64,000 nucleotides of DNA from the human T2T-CHM13v2.0 reference genome, Homo sapiens. This document shows positions 1-17,074 of this stretch, piece by piece. The translations under genes and the position numbers were made by a program. The notes under the pieces were generated by a model, which was given only the letters and a program-made list of their open reading frames with translations, was not told the DNA's origin and ran no database searches. The stretch is taken from NCBI RefSeq assembly GCF_009914755.1, contig NC_060932.1, one strand, 5' to 3'. Every line of letters begins with the position of its first letter. Positions within the stretch are counted from its first letter, which is position 1.

Positions 1-1463
<1,463 letters not shown>

Positions 1464-1475
1464 AACAGTGGCCTC

Positions 1476-1894
<419 letters not shown>

Positions 1895-2279
1895 TCATCG
1901 AGTCATTGAGGGATGCTCCTGCCTCTAGCTTTGCAGACCTTCGTGACCCTCTCTCTTCTTCACTCATGCGCCCATTAAGCCCTAGCCAGACCTTCTTTGC
2001 CCTTCTATCAGCTTGCCATTCCCACTCCCAATTCCCAGTCAGCTGTGCAAGGAGAATCATGGGAACATAAGAAGGGCGTGATAATGTCGTCATCTCACCT
2101 AGGCCTGTGCTGTCTCCTTGCCTCTGGTTTCTTCTCCCATCCGTTCATCCTCTTTGACCACAGTGCATTCAAGGGTCTCGCTCAGATCTTCCTGGTGGTG
2201 CCTCCACGTTAGGCCCATACCCTGCCATTCTCTGTCCCTTCTTTCTATCTATCAGAATCCTGCCAATCCTCAGGGAAAA

Positions 2280-2740
2280 TGTTATTCATCCATTCAAAAA
2301 TATTTGTCCAGTGCCACCATGTCCCAAGTGCTGTGTGAGACCCTAAAAGGACAGATAGGCATGGTCCTCGCTGTCATGTGGTCCCTAATCTAGAGGAGGA
2401 GAGGCAGCACCAGCATCTCTGTGAAGCCCCCTCCCCTGCCCCCAAATAGGACGTCCACACGTTTGATTTCTTCTTTATTCCTCCAGCACTGGCATTCTGG
2501 TGACTCATTGAGTTCTTGGCTTATACTGACTATCTTGCACTAGGGTTTACTTTTCCACATCCTTTTGCCACTCAATTGGACTGTGAATCCCCTAAGGGCA
2601 AAACTGTGCCTTATTCATTTTTGTATTACCCACACAGTAAGAAATTATTACTGGTTCCTTCCAACCATGTTTGAGGACCCACTATAGCCAGACACAGAGT
2701 GGGTCCCCAAACATATTTGGAAGGAACCAGTAATGATTTT
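2280..2740. mobile_element. L2 3'-end fragments in both orientations
   Basis: Degenerate L2 tail motifs (ttcatccattcaaaaatatttg...gtgcc; ctgtgaatcccctaagggca...ttattcatttttgta). Confidence 0.6.
2642..2739. repeat. Inverted repeat, 42-bp arms (38/42 identical), 14-nt loop
   Basis: 2642-2683 is the reverse complement of 2698-2739 with 4 mismatches. Confidence 0.95.
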
Positions 2741-3175
2741 TTCAAAATCCAACAACAGGAGTTTAGCTTAGCTAGACATGCTGAGTGCCCAAGTCCAACA
2801 TTTTAATAAAGACTCTTTTTATTCTTTGTTTAATGCAAAATAAAGTTATGCAGTCCTCATCTCTCTTCCTAACATAAGCACGACTTGTGTGACTTATGGA
2901 TAGACAGGAGAACATCTGTGCTTTGTCCAGGCATCCTTTTGTCACCTGAACTCCCTAACACCCTCTCCCCTTTTCCCTTGAGATCTGACACCAATACATA
3001 GTTACTGAACTGAATTAAAAGCCGTCTGATCCTCAGCACGCAGTTAGATGGCTTGGCTAAGTGTGTATTATCTGCACACAGTATGAGGCATGCTGTACTC
3101 CAGGAGTCTGGCTATGTTGTAATTATCCCCTTTTGATGATCCAATCAGAAACTCTTAGTTTAAGAGGCTGCTGGG

Positions 3176-3461
<286 letters not shown>

Positions 3462-4723
3462 AGCTGCTGGTAACATTCTTTAGCCTGTGACTTCTTGATG
3501 GAAGAAAGTGACAGAGGAAAGGCATTTCAACAATTTCTGTTCCTCAGCTCTAGGCAATAGAGGCCAGTGGAGGCCTGGAGAGCTGAGGTCATGCTGACAC
3601 CCCCAAAGGAAAGAGCCGGTAGTCTGTTGGGGTCTTCCTCCTATAAATCAAAAGCTTTGTAACACTGCTGGAAAACTGAATGCTCTGTGTTTCATTTTCC
3701 AAGCAGGCAGCCACTTGGGTAGGTAACAGAGGCTGCTTTTTTGGAGAACGGGCAAGCCCTGCTGTCAGCAGGAAGTCGGCGGGACACCTGCTCCAACAAC
3801 CAGCCCCTGTGACCCAGCAGTTCCTCCTGTCCTGGTCAGGCCTGACCACCCACCACACAACCTCATGGTGAATCTGGTAGTTCTCTTCACAGCCATCATC
3901 ACCATGGTAACACAGTCATGAGGCATGAGACTGTTTCTCCACTGCTGGATGGTAAGCTCAGGATGGGCAAGACGGTCCGTTCCATCACTCCCTTTATCCT
4001 CATGTCTAGTGTAGGGTCTGGTGCTGAATCAAAATGTATTGAGTGAATGAATAAACAGATCCTTAGCAACGGACTCCTGGGGATGGGGTCGGGGGATTCC
4101 TTGGCACTGACACCCAGCATGGCTGAGGTGACTCAAATAAGCCACTTAGGCTCATTGCAGAACCAGGCTGACCGCTGCCCACTCTGCCCTAGTCACATCA
4201 CCAGACCTCCCTGCAGAGCGGACCTGCCCATCTAGGGCAGGGAGAGGCTTCCTCCAGCCCAGCTCAAGCCCCCACTTCCTCCAGATAGCAACTGTCCCAC
4301 AGGTTTCCTCATTCACCTCTCTCTTCTCCAAACTGCCATGCCATTAAGCACCCAATCACATTCTTCAAAGTTTGAGTACATCCTGTTCATTTATTTATTT
4401 CATCTAAAACAAATTATAAGCCTCCTTATTCATGTGTGCAATCTAACAAATAAATAGAATGTTATGTATTGGTTTATTTCATCTCACAGAGTTATAATGG
4501 TATTTATACTTTTCAAAGCATTGTATCTGCAACACCTGGGCCAGAAACCAGGTTCCCATCTGTTATCCACATACACACCCTTTTGCATTTCAGATTTTCA
4601 GTTGGGAAAATAGGTCACCTTAGAACTACTTGCTTTGTGTGTCCCTTTTGGTAGCTGGCAAGCCCTGGCTACATATAGACTCTTAGTAAATAGAATCGCG
4701 GAATGTGAGGGCTAGACAGGATC

Positions 4724-4993
4724 TTTTTCTCTCTTTTTGAGATGGAGTCTCGCTCTGTCGCCCAGGCTGGAGTGCAGTGGCTGCAACCTCTACCTCCTGG
4801 GTTCAAGCGATTCTCGAGTAGCTGGGACTACAGGTGTACACCACCATGCCCAACTAATTTTTTGTATTTTTAGTAGAGATGGGGGTCTCGTCACGTTGGC
4901 CAGGCTGGTCTCGAACTCCTGACCTCAAGTGATCCCCCCCACCTTGGCCTCCCAAAGTACTGGGAATACAGGCGTGAGCCACCGTGCCCAGCC
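4724..4993 (-). mobile_element. AluS-like
   Basis: Reverse Alu; flanking GACAGGAT repeat. Confidence 0.88.
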
Positions 4994-5870
4994 CTGGACA
5001 GGATGTTATACATCCTCTTGCCCAAGAAGGGCGAGAGACAAAACCCAGGAGAGCTACATCTAATTGTCCAGCCAGACAGTTGAGCAAAACTGAGAGTTCA
5101 GAGGCTGTGGGCCTCCACCATGGGTCCTTGTGCCCTTGCTGAAAAGTCCGGCACAAACTACCCCCTGGCTACCATTTCTCTTCCTCCTACAGAGAGAGGC
5201 CATCCAGCTACCCCGTGACCATCTGGGAATGGGGCCTCTATTTAGGCATGGGGGGACCACTATCTTCTAAACTGCACAGAGGTGAAAATAGGCCCCCTTT
5301 TTTCCCCAAACCACCCAGTGCAACCTCTCTGGTGGGAGTCAGGAGAAGGATGAGATTCCTGGCTGGGAAGGGTTCAGACTTTTCAGAAGTCCTTCTAGAG
5401 ACCTTTCCCTTTTAGGCTGAAGCCCTCCACCCTCTGCCGCCCCCAGACAGACAGAGCTGCTGCTGGGAGGGCAATGCTGAAACATTTGGCAGCTAACTGT
5501 GACTAATAAAAACCTGGACCCAAGGCATTTAAAAAATTCACAGCAGCCTCAGTCTCTGTGGTTAAGATGAGAAGAAAGGGCTTTTTCAGGTCTCAGCGTC
5601 CTTCCAGAAGAACGCGAGAGAGCAGAGAATGGGGGACCAGGTTCTCCCCTTGGGTGGAAAGAAATGGCTTTCTCCTCGTTCTGTCCTCATCGTCCCTCTG
5701 TTGGCCCCTCAAGACCTCCTGGGCTGCCCACTTTCACAAACGGGAAACTGAGGCTTGGAGGTCACTCAGGGGATAGGCAGCACCTAAATCTCACAGCCTG
5801 GGGATTTTCCAATCAGTTCCGGCAATGGAATTGCTTTTTGCAAAAGAGCCTTTAAAGGATAGGTAAGGAA

Positions 5871-5930
5871 GGAGGTGGGGTGGGGTGGGGAGGGGTGGAG
5901 TGGGGTGGGGTGAGGTGGGGAGGGATGGGG
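5871..5930 (+). repeat. (TGGGG)n-like G-rich repeat
   Basis: Multiple GGGG runs separated by 1-6 nt. Confidence 0.9.
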
Positions 5931-7726
5931 TGAAGAAAAGAGAAAAGATGAAAACCTTCCCTGATCTAACGACACACAGCCCAGCCACAAGGCTTCCTGT
6001 GAGCACATGACTGGGCAACGTGCGGAGCAGCCGGGGAGCAGAGGTTTACTCAGTAGGGCATCTGGATTTGTCATCTTTCCTTATCTAATGCTTTTTCCAA
6101 CTGGTCTACCCGCCACAGGCAGGAAACAAAGCCTCTCAATTTAAGAGGCTCTGAAATCCTGGGAGGTTTGGTTGGGGCTCTGTTTGCCAGGTTTAAAAGA
6201 GATCTGTTCGTTTGGAGCCAAGAGTGTTTCACATTTGCTTATTTGCTCCTACTTACCTCCTTTTAAGAAAGTTTTGAGGATTGACCTAAAACTGATTTTC
6301 TTTATATCCAGACAAACTTCTGTTTTATAGGACAGTGTCCAGAGGCCCAAGAAGGGTCAGTGACTGGACATAACAGCTGTGAGCTCCAGTCTCCACTGGG
6401 ACTGGAACCCGGGGGTTCTGCCTTCAATTCTGGAGTCCGAAACTGAGAATATACAATAAGATATGATGGCACAGCCTGTATCAGAAAAGGGGAAAACTGA
6501 GAACCTGCCTGGTTAATTTCCTGGATGAAATAAACCAAGCCTAGTGAGTGATTCAGTGGTAGGACTAACCCAGGGCAGCACTTCGAAGTCTGCAAAGCAC
6601 TTTTAGAGAAATCATCTGATTTTTTTCCCCTACAGAATATTTAAAACTACCTTGTAAATGATGAATGCACACTATGTCATTCTGATGAAGAAACCATTGC
6701 CACTGAACTACAGGCCGTCACAGCTGGAAGGGATTGAATTCAACTCACTCGACACTTGCCCAGTTGTTCTGGATGCTGGTCAAAAGGCAGGTTAGGGTAC
6801 AAACCTTGGTGGGGTCACTTATATGAAGAAGGTGTGATTTTTTTTCCTCCTCTAGAGGGGAATTTACAAACTATCAGGAGCCCCCAAGGATGCTCCAAGC
6901 AGCTGTAGGAGTCCAGGGAAGCACAGTTAGCTCATTAAGTGAAATTCCATCAGCCAGGCTCCAGGGCTTAGTGACTCATGCCTCTGGCATTCCAGAGTAG
7001 GATGAATTTGGTCTAGACTGATGCAGTTTTCTTCCATTCTCTGCTTTGGGAATTCCAGTGCACTCTGGAGGAAGCATGGGTTGTGAGAGTCATCTGTAAT
7101 GATCTGTGACCTGTCCCCAATCTCCAGGGGTTAATGAGGGTGAATGTTACAGAACCCAGCCCACAACCTTGCAGACAGAGTAGGCATGGGAAGGGACGCG
7201 GGTGCCCTCATCACATTCATTAGCCCAGTGGTCTACGACCAGGGTCACAAGACACAGAGAAATCATTCACTGACGTTTCATTCCTGGCCGCTTTTGAATC
7301 TGCCCCTTCCAAACTGGGGAAAGTCGAGGGAGGGCTTTAACTCTCACACTTTGATATGAAGAGTGAAAAGTCTGCACCTGGTTTCAAAGTCAAGGCCATC
7401 AGGGGCTGGAGAAAAGGCAAAGAGAGAACCCAAGCACACAATACACATGCTGGTTGGCATCCCTTCTCTGTGTGTGTGTGTGTGTGTTCTCACACACATG
7501 TGATGCCAGTTTACACATGGTGCGCGATGTCAATATCCAGCTGGGCACACACTATGTGGGATGAGTGCATTTTCCCAGACACTGAATAACCAGGGTCTTG
7601 AAACTTGGCAATCACTTAATCCCACTTCCCTCCCCATGTAGGCATCTGACCACAATACTCCTGGCAGGATGTTGTCCAGTTCGTGCTTGAATTCCTCCAC
7701 TGACAAGGAGCTCACCACTAACTTAG

Positions 7727-8134
<408 letters not shown>

Positions 8135-8396
8135 GGGAGTTGGGATACATTCTAAACATTCTTCTGCATGGTAGTAGTTCAAGTATTTGAAGAGAACCAT
8201 CTCCCCCCCATATCTCTTTTCTTGACAAAAAACTTCATTTCCTCATGATATGGTTTCCAGATTTGTCTCCATCCTGTTGGCCTTTCCTCTGGTGACCTGG
8301 TTAAGATCTGGATCCAGAACTGAACCCTGCAGTCAGCGACTGGTCCAAAAGGCAAGGAGCTTAAGGAAATAATTCTTCTATCTGTAAAGCAGTTGA

Positions 8397-8807
<411 letters not shown>

Positions 8808-9950
8808 TAGTTTTTCAGTTACTCTCCCTAAAGTCTGCACTCTGTGACTGTTTTTTTCCCCATGAACTTTGATATAGGACCTTCTATTCATCCCTAATAT
8901 GTTACAGCTTGGGCCCATTATTTCAACCTACAGCAGTTTTTCTGAAAGTTCATTCCATAATTTTATACTCCAGCAATCTCTCCTAGTTTTGTATCTCCCA
9001 TAGATTTTATCAGTATACCTTTTAATTTCCATGAACATTCCTGATACATGATGGGGAGGCCGGAACAGAGCCCTAGGGCTCACCATCAGAGACCATCCAC
9101 TCTGTTTACACAAATTAGTCAGCAGTTCACCCTGGGTATCATTAGTCAGTATGTTCATGACTTCACCCAACTGCACGTCCACAAGCTATGTCTCTTCCTC
9201 TTATCCACAAAAATTTAATAGCAGGCATTTCTTTAGCTGGGAGGAATGATCCTATGACTTCAGCTACTGATACAGGCCATTCCAGAAGGTATTTTGGAGA
9301 AACGTCTCAGCATCCCATAAATATCCCACGTAGGTGGTCCAGGCGGTTCTCTACCCATCAGGCCAGCACTGCCAGTAAGCATGAGCCTTAGCCACAAAGC
9401 CCTGGATGCAAGAATCTTCTGGCAACTCAAGGAGGTTCTCCCCAGACATCCTGAGGTCTAGGCCCTTTCATGACCTACTTTCAGCGGCTACCAAAGGGAA
9501 GAAGTTGCAGGGGACTGATCATCAATGAAAGTTCCCTAAGTCTCTGTGGTTGGGCCAGAAAGCGTCCCCCTGGCTCGTGGTCACCAGCCTGATCTGTCTG
9601 ACAGCCAGAGGGAGGCCTTCTAGGAAAATGCAGAGTGTGTAAGGCTGTGGATGTCACCTGGCCCTTTAAGCCAGACATCTCCATAGGTTGCCCTCTCTGG
9701 GTTTCTGGAGATTTGTGAGGGCCCATGCTCCTTGCCTTGGAAGGATCTCCAGCTTTCTCCAAGGTGTACATCTTGTCTTGCAGGTTGTAAGGGCTGGAGG
9801 ACAAGGGCCATGTTTTCTTTCCCTGCTGGTATCCCAAACCAGCAGGTACCCAACAAATGCCCAGAATAAAGGTGGGGCTAAGCTTTCCCATCATGGAATC
9901 TCAGCCCTTCCACAGTAAGAAAGTCGTCTCCAACATATTTTTTTTCAGTC

Positions 9951-10331
<381 letters not shown>

Positions 10332-11725
10332 TAAGCATTGGAACTGGCACTTAGTAGGTATTCCACAAACAGTGTGTGTTAATTTAATTGTTTGGGTAAT
10401 CTAATCTAATCTAATGAAGTGCCACTCAGAGTCCTTTTTCCAAAATCATTTTTTTTTTCCTAATGGCAGATGAGCCTTCTCATCATTTTCTCAACACAAA
10501 GCTCACTGATGTTTTGGCCTGTCTTATTTTTTTTTTTTCAAGCCATCAATGATCAATGACTTTCTTATGCCAAGAAGGCTGGGTCTTCACTGGACACTCC
10601 AAGTAGATTATCCTGAGGTTCAGGTTGAACAGAGGCCCATCTAAGATGTTACAAATCAGCTCATGGTCCTATTAGGCAGAACAAGCTGTGAAGAAATTAT
10701 TTGCTTCCATGTGCTTCTCATTGCTGTTTAGCTTAATATTTTATCCTGGGAGATTCTCCACCTAAGGGGATAATAATTTCTGGCTCACATTTCTGGGGAG
10801 AAGAGAATTTGGGAGTTGGAGATGTTGTTCCCATTAGGTACCTAGAATTTATCTATTGCATACAATGATACATAAGATATAGCCCCTGCCCTCTGGGAGC
10901 TTCCAATCTCATGGGAGAGATAAGATCCACATAAGTGGGGGCTAATTATTGCTCATGAGGTTATAAGGAATGAAGATGGAAAATTTTGTGAAACTGGGTT
11001 GGACAAGCCCATCCGTCAGATCATAAACTTCATGGTAAAGAAAGCAAAGCTGTCATCAGTGACTGAAGACTGACGAAAGTATATCAACTCCATCACAATC
11101 TCTCTAGTTATCTTCAATAAAATAGCAGCATTTGACAGGTGTCAACCATAAGCAGTCTCCTCCACAGCTGAGAGAAGCCTGGAAATCCTTTCCTATGCTA
11201 TACAGCAGGGTTGGGCAAATTCCCAGCACGCTTGGGAACATATATGGAGAGAGAAGGACTGTGTGAGCCATGACAGTAAAGGCCACAGTCTTGGGAGAAC
11301 TTCCTCTGGAACCCAAGTAGGGCAATTTCAAGTCACCTTTCTTCTGCATTAGTGCTGGGTTCAGCTGGAGGCTGAAGCACAGCGAAGGTTCCTTGGTCTG
11401 GATTTGGGGCAGATCCCATAATCCCTTGGGGGTGGCATCTGACATGTTCCTTGAGGACAGGAGTGTTAGCTGCCAATTCCTCCTGTCCTAAGCCCCACAT
11501 ATGTTGCACATAAGAGTAATGTAATAAGTGTGTGTTAACTGTTTGGATAAAGAATTTGCTGGAAAGCTAACCCTGAAATTTAGCCATAAATGTGGATTTT
11601 CAAATGCTGAAATTATCAGTCTGGCAACATCAGAATCAATCTGGGGCTGCTTAAAGAAAAATAACCTAGTCCCATAGCAGGATATTTTGAGTCAGCGGGT
11701 CAGTGGGGAGGCCCCAGTACCTGCA

Positions 11726-12032
11726 TTTTTTTTTTTTTTTTTCAGACAGTCTCGCTCTGTCACCCAGGCTGGAGTGCAGTGGTGCGATCTCAGCTCAGTG
11801 CAAGCTCCGCCTCCTGGGTTCACGCCATTCTCCTGCTTCAGCCTCCTGAGTAGCTGGGACTACAGGCACCCACAACAACGTCTGGCTATTTTTTTTTCTT
11901 TTTTTTGTATTTTTAGTAGAGACGGGGTTTCACCGTGTTAGCCAGGATGGTCTCGATCTCCTGACCTCGTGATCTGCCCGCCTCGGCCTCCCAAAGTGCT
12001 GGGATTACAGGCATAAGCCCCCGCGCCCGACC
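11726..12032 (-). mobile_element. AluY-like inserted in a MER5-type DNA transposon remnant (~11620-12075)
   Basis: TSD CCCAGTACCTGCATTTTT on both sides; the flanks resemble MER5 (catcagaatca...tgcatttttaaagtgattc). Confidence 0.88.
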
Positions 12033-12080
12033 CAGTACCTGCATTTTTAAAGTGATTCCAACCCTCAGCTACATTGGCCA

Positions 12081-12603
12081 GTGGTAGCCAGCTTCCAAGA
12101 TGGCCCCAGCAACCCTACCTGGTGTCACACATTTGTGTAATCTCCTCCCACTCTCTACCAGAGTTAGTCTGTGTGATCCATAGAATACAGCAGAAATGAT
12201 GGCCTATCACTTCCAAGATTAAGTTATGAAACATGACTTCCATCCTGTGTTCTTTCTCTCACTCTCCTTTGCCTCACTCACTCTGAGGGAAGACAACCAC
12301 CATGTCCTGAGGCCACTCAGGCAGCCTACGAAGAGGCCACATAGAGAAGAACAGAGGGCTGCAGTCTACAGCTAGCAAGGAACCACAGCCTGCCAACAAC
12401 CATAAGAGCCTGCGTGGGAGGGGACCTTCCAGCCCCCATTGACAGCCTGAGTGCAACTCCATGAGAGACGCTGAGGAGAATCAAGTAGCTAAGCCCTTCC
12501 TCAATTCCTGACTCTCACAAACTGTGCAAGATAATAAAGATTCACTCTTTTCAGCTGCAAAACCTGGGGGCAATTTGTTACGCAGCAATTGATAACTAAT
12601 ACA
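12081..12603 (+). mobile_element. MLT1 (MaLR) solo LTR
   Basis: Starts gtggtagccagcttccaagatggcc and ends with the MLT1-type terminus gcagcaattgataactaataca. Confidence 0.75.
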
Positions 12604-12970
12604 TTTTCCCACCCAAAGGGCAAGCTCCTGAGCATGGCACCGGAGGTGTTTCATGCCCATCTTTCCAGCTTCAGTTAACCCTACTCCCAGATGCACTCTC
12701 CCTGAGATCACGCTCTGCTTACCCCAGCCCAACCTTCACACCTCTGTGCCTCTGCCCATGCTGTTCCTTGTGCCTGGAATGCCCTTTGCCCATGGATGGG
12801 ATTCCCTTCTCCAGAAATCCTTCCCTAAACTGCCCTTGTATCTAATCCCATTGGGTGAGGTACCCTCCTTCCTGCTCACACACACTTCTTGAAATCAATA
12901 CGCAAAAAGCGAGTTGCATGGAAGAGGAAAAATGTTTGCATGAAGGAAACATCAAGAGCACATGACTTGC

Positions 12971-13146
12971 CTCTATCTGGTTGATCAACGAATTGTCAAA
13001 TTTGAACCCAGGAATCCTTTTGTCGCTGCACACCACACCGACATCCTCCGTGTGCTTGCAGTCAGTGACGCCCCAGCCATTGGAGGTGCATGCTGCAAGG
13101 GTCGCCTCGTTGCCAGTACAGTGGAGATTGTCTAACCAGATGGGCC
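12971..13146 (-). CDS. LOXL2: LOXL2 exon 3 (176 nt): second half of SRCR domain 1 plus linker
   Basis: Acceptor tctctgcctccttcAG|GGCCCATC; translates (G)PIWLDNLHCTGNEATLAACTSNGWGVTDCKHTEDVGVVCSDKRIPGFKFDNSLINQIE in phase with exon 2 (355+176=531 nt, 177 codons); donor GAG|GCAAGT. Confidence 0.95.
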
Positions 13147-13618
13147 CTGAAGGAGGCAGAGAGGAGAGAAACCAAGTGCTGCGTCAATGCAGGTCTGAGT
13201 CTTTGCGGGGCACCAGTGTCTCACATGGAAAGAGAATTTTTCTCTAATTTTGGCAGCTGTGTGTGGCCATCCATTTTTATTATATTAAGATATTGCACAT
13301 AACTCTAAACCATGGGGATTCCTGGACCACAGTAAGCACCTGATGTGATCTGGGAATGTAGTAGATTTAACATGATTAGGATAGAAGTTAGATTTAAGCC
13401 CAGAAGTTGCATGGGATAGTGGAAAGAGCGGGGCTTTGGGTACCAAGCTGGGTTTGAGTTCTCGTTCAGCCACTTAGCTGTATAACCTTGGTCAAGGGCC
13501 CTTCTTCTTATCAGTAAAGTGGGGCTAACAATGACACTTCAGCTGCACAGCTGTGTGCAGATTAGAGATACTACGAAGCCTGTGCCTAGTTCATTGCTGG
13601 TCACAGTTACTAAAAATA

Positions 13619-13654
13619 GTGATGATGATGATAATGATGACGATGATGATGATG
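13619..13654 (+). repeat. (GAT)n microsatellite at the end of a MIR-like fragment (~13400-13615)
   Basis: gatgatgatgataatgatgacgatgatgatgatg; MIR-like core (ctgggtttgagttctc...ccacttagctgtataaccttgg) upstream. Confidence 0.8.
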
Positions 13655-13773
13655 TTTTAGTGACACTGATTATGGCATAAGCCAGTCTCACCTTCCATCC
13701 ATAGCAGAGGCTGAACTTTGACCCTTCAGGGAAAAAGTAAACTCTCCTGCCACTGAAGGTTTGAGGTTTGTGG

Positions 13774-14079
<306 letters not shown>

Positions 14080-14384
14080 TGGTTTGAGGTTTTTAAGGCA
14101 TTTTCACATGTAGTATCTCCTTGGTTTTCCCATAGCAAGAGGACGAAGTGGCATGATTATCCCACCACCCCTTGAACCCAGAAGCCTGGGCCTTGACTTC
14201 CTATTCAGCTCCTCTTACTTCCCAATATTTCCCATCGCTGGCTCAGAGACAGCCCAGCCAGACTGGCCCACGGAGCCACCTCATCATGTTTCAGAAGGCC
14301 GCCAAGGGACTCTGCTTACCTCCTGTTTTTTTGCCTCACTTGCACTAAGTAGAGAATTCAGCGTGCAAAGTGTTAGAGGGTGAA

Positions 14385-15680
<1,296 letters not shown>

Positions 15681-16628
15681 AATTATAAAGTGCTAGAGGA
15701 TTTTCAAATAGTGATTTTTATAAGTGCCACTGCAAAATGAAAGAAAACAAATCTAAACCTCTCATTTTTCTCACCGCTCCTTTTAGGAGTCTAGAGCAGC
15801 AGACATAGTCAAACAAACCTGGGTTCAAGTTCCATCTGCCACACACTGGGGCACTGTGTGATGTGGTCGACTACCTCACCACACCTGCTTCTCATTTCTA
15901 AAGGCAAAATAATGATGCTGAGCAAACAGGTTGCCATGGAGACTCAATGAGGTAATGTATGTGCCTGGTACGCTTTCAACCTCCCTTTCCCTTTCCTTCT
16001 TCCAGTCCTTCAGAAAAGCAATGCATTCTACTGCTTCCACGATGTAAGAGAAAAGCAAATAAAAACATTCCCATTGGAGAGATTAGAAAACCAAGGAAAG
16101 AAACGGAGGCTCTTCAAGGTCGATAAGCACCCCGGGGCCAGTCTCCTGACGTCCAGGCCCTGCTGAAACGTGTCTGTTCTCACGGCTGCTGGTCAGGGCT
16201 CAAACGACAGCACCTTGGATCCATTGTGGAGAACAAAGAGCTAATTGAAAACATCTGGGCTGAGGTTTTCCAACTGGCTTCTCATTTTGGCCCGGTTTCC
16301 AAGCAGTCAAGCTCCACTGAAACATACACTCCCTAATCGATTGCTGTCTCAACAACAAACCAATGTTTGTCTTGCTAAGTTACTAGCAACAGGGAAGACC
16401 CTCCATGTTCTAAGCGGAATGTTCTGTCGCAAAGCTGCCAAAGTGACAGAGATGGTGAAAAGCAGTGGCACCCTATTCCATCTGCAGTGAGAGAAACCCC
16501 CCTCGCTAAGGACCTGGAAGTCGACCAGTGCATCATCAAAGGAACTGAGAACAGCTGCAAACCAGAGACCCTAAGGAGCCTGCCCCAAAGAGCTGCTCTC
16601 TTATGAAACTTCCATGGACCCCCAATAA

Positions 16629-17055
<427 letters not shown>

Positions 17056-17074
17056 CTTTTTTTTCCCTCTACAG

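Noticed and set aside
12842-13036. Stand-alone 64-aa ORF MVCSDKRIPGFKF...
   Set aside because: It is part of exon 3 read through the GC donor into intron 3.
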